Assembly: GCA_017650305.1 (NCBI GenBank)
Contig: JAGCFD010000052.1
Location: forward strand, 21,096 to 85,095
Direction of reading: 5' to 3'
DNA: 64,000 nucleotides
DNA from: Bacteroidales bacterium
Lineage (GTDB): Bacteria > Bacteroidota > Bacteroidia > Bacteroidales > WCHB1-69
Of this stretch, positions 9,985-17,445 are shown piece after piece. Both the position numbers and the translations under genes were made by a program. The number at the start of each line of letters is the position of its first letter. The stretch's first letter is position 1. The notes under the pieces were generated by a model that made no database searches, was not told the origin of the DNA, and worked only from the letters and a program-made list of their open reading frames with translations.

Positions 9985-11108
9985 TATTTACTCTTTTCCT
10001 GATAACTTAAAATAGCTCCAGTGTTCACCAAAACAGCCATTATGGACAGTATGAGGGTCTCTTTCTGAACGCTGATGAATGCACTGCCTTTCAGTACCAC
10101 CTTCTTGATGACCGTCATGTAGAATGACATGGGGTTGAGCCAGTTGATATGGTGCGCCCATTGCGGCATGCCCTCCGTTGGGGTGAACAGACCGCTCAGC
10201 AATACGAAGATGATGAAGAGGAAGAGCACGATGAACATGGCTTGCAACTGGTTCTCAGAAACGCTGGAGATGAAGAATCCTAACCCTAACATGACAAACA
10301 GGTAGATGGCCGTGATGCCAAGCAACATGGGGAAACTGCCCTGGACAGTGATCCCGAAGACAATCTTCATGATAAAAATACCGAGGATGAACTCCGCCAT
10401 GCCAAGAATCCAAAATGGAATCATCTTGCCTATGAGGAATTGCCAACGACGGATCGGAGTGACATTGACCTGCTCGATGGTGCCTATCTCTTTTTCACGC
10501 ACCAGATTCAAGGCAGTGACATAACAACCGATGAGCGTGACCAGTATGACCAAGATGCCTGGTACGATGAGGTTCTTGTAGTTCATCTGCTCGTTGTACC
10601 AGTATATGTAGGAGAGATTTAATCTTGAAGGTATTTGCTCTTCTTCAGTGACAAACATGTGCTTTTCCTGGAATTGCTGCATGTACCCACCGATGATTTC
10701 CTGCGTGTAGCCTACACCAATGCCAGCCTTGGTTGTGTTGATCGCGTTGGCTGTGATGGCTATTCGGGTTGCGTCTCCATTCATGAGGTCCTGCTCAAAG
10801 TGACTCGGAAACTCAACGATAATATCCACTTTGTCGTGCTGCAGCATCTTGTCAGCCTCTTTTTTATTGTGGATGATGCCGTGCGAGACAAATATATCCG
10901 ATGCGTTAAAACTATTGATGATATCTTTTGAAACGCTGGAACCGTCATGGTCGATAAAGGCGATGTCCAGAACTTTGATTTCATAGTCTGCGCAGAAAGG
11001 GAAGATCATGAATTGCACCATAGGCGCAACTATCAGAATGCTCAGCAGTAATGGATTGCGGAACACCTGCAAAAACTCTTTCTTGATCAGTATCAAAATT
11101 GTTCTCAT
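9984..11108 (-). CDS. ABC-2 type transporter permease (YbhR/YbhS-like)
   Basis: 374 aa. One N-terminal TM helix, a large loop, then 5 C-terminal TM helices, which is typical ABC-2 topology. Confidence 0.85.
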   Translation of the reverse strand: MRTILILIKKEFLQVFRNPLLLSILIVAPMVQFMIFPFCADYEIKVLDIAFIDHDGSSVSKDIINSFNASDIFVSHGIIHNKKEADKMLQHDKVDIIVEFPSHFEQDLMNGDATRIAITANAINTTKAGIGVGYTQEIIGGYMQQFQEKHMFVTEEEQIPSRLNLSYIYWYNEQMNYKNLIVPGILVILVTLIGCYVTALNLVREKEIGTIEQVNVTPIRRWQFLIGKMIPFWILGMAEFILGIFIMKIVFGITVQGSFPMLLGITAIYLFVMLGLGFFISSVSENQLQAMFIVLFLFIIFVLLSGLFTPTEGMPQWAHHINWLNPMSFYMTVIKKVVLKGSAFISVQKETLILSIMAVLVNTGAILSYQEKSK

Positions 11109-11111
11109 AAC

Positions 11112-12215
11112 CTAATTTCTTTTATCCAACATTTTAAGACTGATACTGATGAAGATAACGGCCATGGCAAACAGGATGGTCAGATATTCCCATACGTCGA
11201 AGAATCCAGAACCCTTGATCATCACATCCTTAATGGCTAAGATGAACCACTTGGCAGGGAACACATTGGCTAAAATCTGGAAAATCATCGGCATACTGTT
11301 GAGAGGGAAGAGAAAGCCGGAGAGCAGTACGGTGGGGAGGAACAGGCCCATCATGGTGATCATCATGGCGTCGAGCTGGGTGGTGCTGATAGTTGAGATC
11401 AGCATGCCGAACGATGCCGCAGTTAGCATGAAGATGATGCAGAGCAACAATAGGAACAAGATGCTGCCGTTGAGAGGCATCTTGAATACGAACACACTGA
11501 TGATGATGATGACGATGGTGCTGATAAAAGAGATGATCATGTAGGGAATCACCTTCCCGATGACCACATATACTTTCTTGACAGGGGTGATGAAGAGCAT
11601 GCGCATGGTGCCTGTCTCTTTTTCACGTGCTAAGGTGATGGAGCTCATCAAGGCCGTCACCAGAATCATGATGAGTGTGATGATGCCTGGGACGAACATG
11701 TAAACACTCTCCATATTGGCGTTGTACATCATCTTGGTGGTGATGCTGAATGGTTCCCCCATGGAGGTGTTTTTGTTGTATTCATTTTGGAACTCCTGCA
11801 CAACAGCTCTCACATAGTTGTTCAGAATGGAAGCAATGTTGAGGTCCGATACATCGTCAATGACCTGAATGACAGCATTATGTTCATTTTCAAGCTGATT
11901 CTCAAAGTTCTGAGGGATGACGATAGCCAGCTTGATGTTGTTCTCTTTGAATTGAAAGTCGATCTCAGTTTCCGTGTTAGGATAGGAGACTACTTGGAAA
12001 TAGTTGGATGAGGATAATTTGCGGACAAAGGCCTGCGACTGGCTGTCTTTGGAATGGTCCAAAACGGCAATTCGGGCATTGTGGATGTCGGCGCTGATGG
12101 TGAAACCGAATAGGAGAACCAGTGCCACAGGCATGGCTAATACCAACATCAACGTGATCCTGTCACGGATGATGTGGATGAACTCCTTCCTTAATATCAT
12201 GCGCAGCTCTTTCAT
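11112..12215 (-). CDS. ABC-2 type transporter permease (YbhR/YbhS-like)
   Basis: 367 aa. Paralogous architecture to the neighbouring permease. Confidence 0.85.
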   Translation of the reverse strand: MKELRMILRKEFIHIIRDRITLMLVLAMPVALVLLFGFTISADIHNARIAVLDHSKDSQSQAFVRKLSSSNYFQVVSYPNTETEIDFQFKENNIKLAIVIPQNFENQLENEHNAVIQVIDDVSDLNIASILNNYVRAVVQEFQNEYNKNTSMGEPFSITTKMMYNANMESVYMFVPGIITLIMILVTALMSSITLAREKETGTMRMLFITPVKKVYVVIGKVIPYMIISFISTIVIIIISVFVFKMPLNGSILFLLLLCIIFMLTAASFGMLISTISTTQLDAMMITMMGLFLPTVLLSGFLFPLNSMPMIFQILANVFPAKWFILAIKDVMIKGSGFFDVWEYLTILFAMAVIFISISLKMLDKRN

Positions 12216-12227
12216 CTCTTCAGTCCG

Positions 12228-12947
12228 TTAATGTTTCACATATTCCACAAATACATCGTTGATAGTGTTGACTCCGACTTGCTTTTTCAGTTCGTCAGGT
12301 GTGCCCAATAGCCGTATGACGCCATCTGCCATAATGGATATGCGATGACAATATTCGGCTTCATCCATGTAGTGCGTTGTTACTAATATGGTTACGCCCG
12401 TTGATGCGGTCTCGTAAATGAGATTCCAGAATTCGCGGCGCACGATAGGGTCTACGCCTGAGGTGGGCTCGTCCAAAAAGACTATCTTGGGCTTGTGGAG
12501 GATGGCGGTGGCAAAGGCCAACTTCTGTTTCCAACCCAATGGTATGGAGTTGACCAGCAGATTCGCCTGCTTGGTCATGTCCAATCGTGCCAGACTGTCC
12601 ATGATGCGCTCTTTTAGCTCCCGGCGTGGTATTTTGTAGATGGTCCCGAAGAGCTGCATGTTCTCAAAAACCGTTAAATCGTTGTAGAGCGAGAAGCGTT
12701 GGCTCATATAGCCAATATTGCGTTTGATGAGCTTGGATTGGGTGACCACATTGTATCCAGCCACCATGGCCGTGCCGGAAGTGGGCTGCAACAAGCCGCT
12801 CATCATCTTGATGGCTGTGGTCTTGCCGGCACCATTGGCACCCAAAAACCCGAAAATCTCACCTTCTCTAACCTGGAAGCTGATGTCGTTGACAGCAATA
12901 AAATCGCCGAATTTCTTTGTAAGATGTTCTACTTCAATACTATTCAT
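12228..12947 (-). CDS. ABC transporter ATP-binding protein
   Basis: 239 aa. Walker A GANGAGKTT, Walker B IVFLDEPTSGVD, degenerate signature IPLGWKQ. Confidence 0.9.
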   Translation of the reverse strand: MNSIEVEHLTKKFGDFIAVNDISFQVREGEIFGFLGANGAGKTTAIKMMSGLLQPTSGTAMVAGYNVVTQSKLIKRNIGYMSQRFSLYNDLTVFENMQLFGTIYKIPRRELKERIMDSLARLDMTKQANLLVNSIPLGWKQKLAFATAILHKPKIVFLDEPTSGVDPIVRREFWNLIYETASTGVTILVTTHYMDEAEYCHRISIMADGVIRLLGTPDELKKQVGVNTINDVFVEYVKH

Positions 12948-13866
12948 GGCGATTCATTTTGACGATTTCAATAAAGCAGTCCTCGATGGAGGGTTGAATG
13001 GGTTCAATGTCGCCATGCTCCTGTTTGTTGTCTTCCAGGAATTGCAGGAATTTTGGCATGGCAGTTTCCATATCTTCATAGAAGGCGATATGGCAATACT
13101 CGCCGTATGGGTAGTAATTGCATTGCAACGGACAGCTTTTCAAGGCCTCCAGCAGTGAGAAAATATCGGCACTCTTGAAAGTGTATAACGTACCCTTGAA
13201 ATGCTCGATAATGGCTTGCGGGGTGTCAATTCCTAAAATTTTGCCGTTCTGTATCAATGCGATACGGTCACAAAGCGTGGCCTCGTCCATGTATGGAGTG
13301 GAGACCAAAACAGTGATGCCCTGAGTGCGGATGGTCTGCAAAATCTCCCAAAACTCCTTGCGTGAGACAGGGTCCACACCTGTGGTGGGCTCATCCAGGA
13401 ACAAAATCTTGGGTTTGTGAATCAAGGCGCAGCAGAGTGCCAATTTCTGCTTCATGCCACCGGATAGCTTGCCGGCCTTGCGCTTGCTGAATGGCTCTAT
13501 CTGACGCCAGATGGGACGGATGAGGTCCATGTTGGCATCGATATCACTCTTGTACATGACAGCAAAGAAGTCTAGATTCTCCTTTACGGAAAGGTCTGGA
13601 TACAAGGAGAATGTCCCCGGAAGATATCCGATTTCCTGGCGGACTTGCTTATAGTCGTTGATAAGGTCCATGCCTAAAATCCGGATGTCGCCGGAGTCGG
13701 GTAGCAAGAGGGTGGTGAGAATGTTGAATAGGGTGGACTTGCCCGCACCGTCAGGGCCTACAAGACCGAACAGCTCGCCTTCCTGGATGTCAAAACTGAT
13801 ATCCTGAAGAGCATGTACGGTTTTGTTGTAAACCTTGTTGACTTTTTGTATGTTGAGCGCATCCAC
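12940..13866 (-). CDS. ABC transporter ATP-binding protein
   Basis: 308 aa. Walker A GPDGAGKST, signature LSGGMKQ, Walker B ILFLDEPTTGVD. Overlaps the next ATPase gene by 8 nt. Confidence 0.9.
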   Translation of the reverse strand: MDALNIQKVNKVYNKTVHALQDISFDIQEGELFGLVGPDGAGKSTLFNILTTLLLPDSGDIRILGMDLINDYKQVRQEIGYLPGTFSLYPDLSVKENLDFFAVMYKSDIDANMDLIRPIWRQIEPFSKRKAGKLSGGMKQKLALCCALIHKPKILFLDEPTTGVDPVSRKEFWEILQTIRTQGITVLVSTPYMDEATLCDRIALIQNGKILGIDTPQAIIEHFKGTLYTFKSADIFSLLEALKSCPLQCNYYPYGEYCHIAFYEDMETAMPKFLQFLEDNKQEHGDIEPIQPSIEDCFIEIVKMNRHE

Positions 13867-13878
13867 AGCCCGAAGACC

Positions 13879-14805
13879 TTATTTGAAAACTACATCTCCT
13901 GGCATGCCAATTTTGGCAGATCCGTCATTCTTGAAACTTACCTTGACAGCGTATACCAAGTTGACTCTCTCGTCTTTGGTCTGGATCATCTTCGGGGTGA
14001 ATTCCGCCTTCGGGGAGATCCATGTGACCTTGCCGTCAAGCTTGACATATTTGCCGTCAGGCTTGTCTAACCGTACGACGGCTTTCTGGTTCAACTTGAT
14101 GGATGAGAGTTGGTCTTCGGTGATGTAGACCTTGATGAACATGTTGTTCAAGTCAGCAATCTTGAAAAGCGGTTTCCCTTGATAAGCTAATTCGTTCTCT
14201 TCAATGTATTTGTTGATGATAGTGCCGGCGATGGGGGTCTTGATGCGGCAACTCTCCAAAGCATGCTGAAGCTGTTGGAGTTGGAAACGCATGGCTTCAA
14301 CCTCTTCCAGAAGCGACTGGTCCTGAGTGGAAAGAGTTGACTTGGTGGCCGCAATCTGGCTCCTTGTGATGTTGATCTCAGCCTGTATGTCGTCCAACTG
14401 CTTGGTTGATGCGGCATTGGCTTCAATCAGGTTGCTGACACGCTGTTTCTCTTTGTTTAAGGTGTTGAGTTTGTCATCCAGAACTTTTACTTGGGAAGTG
14501 GCATTGGGACGGCGCGCAAGTGTCGCTTTAATTGATGATTCCAACTGTTTGATCTGCAGGTAAGTCTGAAATGTGTCAATGCATCCTACCACCTGGTTGG
14601 CATCATAGGATTCACCTTCATGAATGTTGAATTCCAACATTTTGCCGTTAGCTTCAGAAGAAACTGTGATTTCGGTAGCTTCGCAAACCCCGTATGCATC
14701 GGCGTCATTTTTATGCTTGCGACAGCTGGTAAATGTGATCAGGATAGCGATAAGGCAAAGGTAGAGACCTATTCTGTGTAAAGAGTCCTGTTTGAAAGAT
14801 GTCAT
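13879..14805 (-). CDS. HlyD-family membrane fusion protein (YbhG-like)
   Basis: 308 aa. N-terminal anchor/lipobox FTSC, long coiled-coil segment, beta-barrel C-terminus. First gene of the exporter string. Confidence 0.85.
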   Translation of the reverse strand: MTSFKQDSLHRIGLYLCLIAILITFTSCRKHKNDADAYGVCEATEITVSSEANGKMLEFNIHEGESYDANQVVGCIDTFQTYLQIKQLESSIKATLARRPNATSQVKVLDDKLNTLNKEKQRVSNLIEANAASTKQLDDIQAEINITRSQIAATKSTLSTQDQSLLEEVEAMRFQLQQLQHALESCRIKTPIAGTIINKYIEENELAYQGKPLFKIADLNNMFIKVYITEDQLSSIKLNQKAVVRLDKPDGKYVKLDGKVTWISPKAEFTPKMIQTKDERVNLVYAVKVSFKNDGSAKIGMPGDVVFK

Positions 14806-14893
14806 ATATTGTTGCTTTTTTAATCGTAATTAATTGATTTTAGATAACATACAATCTTCTTTCGCCAGTGTTTTGTGGCTGGTTTTAGAAACT

Positions 14894-14901
14894 GCAAATA
14901 T
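14894..14901 (-). promoter_or_regulatory. -7 promoter box TATATTTG for the HlyD/ABC string
   Basis: The reverse complement of caaatata matches TAnnTTTG, 88 nt upstream of the ATG at 14805. Confidence 0.4.
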
Positions 14902-15018
14902 ATTCTTTTTCTCGATTAATCCAACTAGTCATTTAAATGCTCAAATGGAATGGAAATAGCATTGTCGCGCTATCGGCGTCCCGACCTGAAAAAAAAACAG
15001 GTCAAGAGAAAAAGCAAA

Positions 15019-15054
15019 AATCAGCAACTTACCTGAGTAAATTGCTGATTTTTT
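15019..15054. terminator. hairpin with flanking T/A runs (possible bidirectional terminator)
   Basis: 9-bp stem aatcagcaa/ttgctgatt (15019-27 / 15042-50) with a 14-nt loop. TTTT follows on the + strand and a T-rich stretch on the - strand. Confidence 0.45.
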
Positions 15055-15090
15055 GTCAAAAAAAAGAGAGACGTTCCGTGGAACGTCTCT
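15055..15090 (-). terminator. rho-independent terminator downstream of the tRNA pair
   Basis: Perfect 11-bp inverted repeat agagacgttcc/ggaacgtctct (15067-77 / 15080-90), followed on the minus strand by CTTTTTTTTTG. Confidence 0.75.
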
Positions 15091-15096
15091 ACAGAG

Positions 15097-15169
<73 letters not shown>

Positions 15170-15174
15170 TTGTG

Positions 15175-15258
15175 TACCGAAGGTGGGACTTGAACCCACA
15201 CGCCCGTAATGGGCAAGGGATTTTAAGTCCCTCGTGTCTACCATTCCACCACTTCGGC
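15175..15258 (-). tRNA. tRNA-Leu (anticodon TAA), long variable arm
   Basis: Reverse complement GCCGAAGTGGTGGAATGGTAGACACGAGGGACTTAAAATCCCT..GTGGGTTCAAGTCCCACCTTCGGTA. Anticodon loop is CTTAAAA. The class II variable arm is TGCCCATTACGGGCG. Confidence 0.9.
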
Positions 15259-15513
15259 GCGTTCAATGAACACTCTCAAAATTTGAGGGTGCAAAAATAC
15301 ACTTTTTTTGTTTGCTGCGCGACGAATGCATTTTTTTTCTTTTCTACTCATTAATAGCCTGTTGACCAGCCTGACGATTTCTCTCAGGATCTAATGGACA
15401 CTGGTTTTTCAGGGAAACAATCTGCCTGATGGCACTTTGTGCGGTTGTGCGCCCAAACATGTCGCGAATTTTATCAAAAAATGGTGGATCCGAGAGAATT
15501 CATTTAAAAATCT

Positions 15514-15521
15514 TATTTTTG
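15514..15521 (+). promoter_or_regulatory. -7 promoter box TATTTTTG
   Basis: Lies 20 nt upstream of the ATG at 15542, which supports the shorter start for the deaminase. Confidence 0.5.
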
Positions 15522-15541
15522 CCCACTCTAAAATAACTGAT

Positions 15542-16012
15542 ATGTACGAGAAGAAGTTTATGATTGAGGCCATACGCTTGGCCAATGAATGCTTTGAGAC
15601 TGGCAAGGGCGGTCCCTTCGGCGCCGTGGTGGTGAAAAACGGTGAAATCGTGGGCCGTGGTCGCAATATGGTGACCGTGGATAACGACCCTACAGCCCAT
15701 GCCGAGGTGCTGGCTATCCGTGATGCCTGTCGCAACCTGGGCACTTTCCAACTCGACGGATGCGAGCTCTACGCCAGCAGCGAACCTTGTCCGATGTGCT
15801 TCGGGGCAATCTACTGGGCACGACCCGATCGCATCTACTATGGAGCTCCCTGTGAGGTTGCTGCCGAAGTCGGCTTTGACGATACCTTTATTTACGAGGA
15901 GATCGGCAAGCCTATTAGCCAGTATTCTATCCCGACAGAACAACATGACGCAGATATCGCCGCGGAAACCTTTGAGCGATGGAAAGTATTTGAAAACAGG
16001 GTGGATTACTAA
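15542..16012 (+). CDS. nucleoside/guanine deaminase (CDA zinc-deaminase fold)
   Basis: 156 aa from MYEKKF. Zinc motifs TAHAEV and SEPCPMCFGA. The 191-aa track ORF start (15437) lies upstream of the promoter box. Confidence 0.85.
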   Translation: MYEKKFMIEAIRLANECFETGKGGPFGAVVVKNGEIVGRGRNMVTVDNDPTAHAEVLAIRDACRNLGTFQLDGCELYASSEPCPMCFGAIYWARPDRIYYGAPCEVAAEVGFDDTFIYEEIGKPISQYSIPTEQHDADIAAETFERWKVFENRVDY

Positions 16013-16194
16013 GACAGGAAAGACTGCTGCGGCCCTTTTCGGTTCCGAATGATCACGCGAATGTCCTCTGATGCAGTTGTGTCCATACACACCGATCCCC
16101 GGGAACTCATCCGCAAAAAACTCCTGTTTTTCAAATTTCATACAATATAACCTCTATTTCATACATTGTGAGTGGCGCAATCATTTGTTTTTTG

Positions 16195-16202
16195 TACTTT
16201 TG
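16195..16202 (+). promoter_or_regulatory. -7 promoter box TACTTTTG
   Basis: Lies 18 nt upstream of the ATG at 16221. Confidence 0.5.
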
Positions 16203-16220
16203 CGCCAAAATTAATGTCCT

Positions 16221-16595
16221 ATGTCAGAATTCCTAATCATCAGAAATACCACTGAATTTATCCGTTTCGTCTTGGATAATGTGGTCTATATATCTGCTGC
16301 CGGCAATTATTCTGACATTCACACCCGCGACAATGAATCCCGCACTGTCACGCTGCAATTGGGAAAGATTGAGGATGACTATATTGAGAAAATCGCCTCT
16401 GACAAGAAGGATTTTGTGCGTGTTGGCAAGAGCCTGATCGTAAATGTGGATTATGTGCATGTGATAATCCCGAGTAAAGGAGTGCTGATTTTGTCGGATA
16501 ACAGTACTTTTAAATATACCCTGAAAGCAGACAAGGATGTTTTGAAGGATATGAAGAAATATGTTGAAGCAAAATGGAAAAATGAAATACTTTGA
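16221..16595 (+). CDS. stand-alone LytTR DNA-binding domain protein
   Basis: 124 aa. LytTR-like pattern (IVYISAAGNYSDIHT .. FVRVGKSLIVNVDYV). No receiver domain. Confidence 0.7.
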   Translation: MSEFLIIRNTTEFIRFVLDNVVYISAAGNYSDIHTRDNESRTVTLQLGKIEDDYIEKIASDKKDFVRVGKSLIVNVDYVHVIIPSKGVLILSDNSTFKYTLKADKDVLKDMKKYVEAKWKNEIL

Positions 16596-17445
16596 CGACA
16601 TGAAAGATGATGAATTCCGAGTGATTGGCCAAAGAAATGTGCTGCCCAAACCGTTTTTTCGGAAGAAATGGTTCTGGATTGTGATGGTTCTGTCTCTGAT
16701 AGCCGTTGCAGTGGTTTCGCTGCTTACTTTGAAGAATTTTTCGAAGATAAATAAAGCTTCTATGATCTCGACTTCGGTGGTGGATTCAGTCGTTGAGAAA
16801 AACAATGGACCCTCAGCCGTCTTGGTGTGGGACACGGTCATCAATGACGTCCCACTGCGGATATTGATTCCCGAGAATGCACATGCCGAGTTGATGCTGG
16901 GCATGCCTGACACGCTCGACAAATCCATCGTCATGGCTGCTCAGGCTGCAGACATACGCGCTGACAATCAGAAGATTGTGGGTGCCTTTGTGCTGAAGGG
17001 CGAGCCGATTTCATGGGGGAAAGCCAAAGCCGGTTTCTGCGCTATCGTGGAGAATCGGGTCTATGTGGGCGTGGCTGAAAACACATCCCTCTTTGAGGAG
17101 GCTACTGAGAAAGGGGGCTATTTCTTCCGACAATATCCTTTGGTGAGCAACGGAAAAATGCTGGATAACAAGCCGAAAAACAAGGCGATACGTCACTCTT
17201 TATGCGAGCTGGACGGTCGGATTGTGATGGTCAGCAGCCATACCAAAGAGTCGTTTCACGATTTTGCTCAGGCACTTGAAGATTTAGGGGTTCGTCAGGC
17301 TATCTATCTGACAGGCGCCCAGTCTTTCGGCTTCTGTCGCCCCTCATCAGATAGCCTTCTCACCTGGGGCTCGTACGAGGCCCAGACGCAATTTGAAAAT
17401 GTCAACTATATAATATGGCGGGCACAGTCCCTCACAACACCGTAA
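16561..17445 (+). CDS. membrane-anchored protein, phosphodiester glycosidase (DUF2233)-like
   Basis: 294 aa. One TM helix (WFWIVMVLSLIAVAVVSLL). The C-terminal domain resembles the DUF2233 family by eye only. The start is uncertain (alternatives at 16582 and 16600). Confidence 0.4.
   Translation: MLKQNGKMKYFDDMKDDEFRVIGQRNVLPKPFFRKKWFWIVMVLSLIAVAVVSLLTLKNFSKINKASMISTSVVDSVVEKNNGPSAVLVWDTVINDVPLRILIPENAHAELMLGMPDTLDKSIVMAAQAADIRADNQKIVGAFVLKGEPISWGKAKAGFCAIVENRVYVGVAENTSLFEEATEKGGYFFRQYPLVSNGKMLDNKPKNKAIRHSLCELDGRIVMVSSHTKESFHDFAQALEDLGVRQAIYLTGAQSFGFCRPSSDSLLTWGSYEAQTQFENVNYIIWRAQSLTTP

Noticed and set aside
15500-16141. 213-aa minus-strand ORF starting in the deaminase-LytTR spacer and running antisense through the deaminase gene. 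Also 16233-16934, antisense to the LytTR gene.
   Set aside because: Neither has a promoter box or recognisable motifs. The opposite-strand genes have clear catalytic or DNA-binding motifs and consensus promoters.
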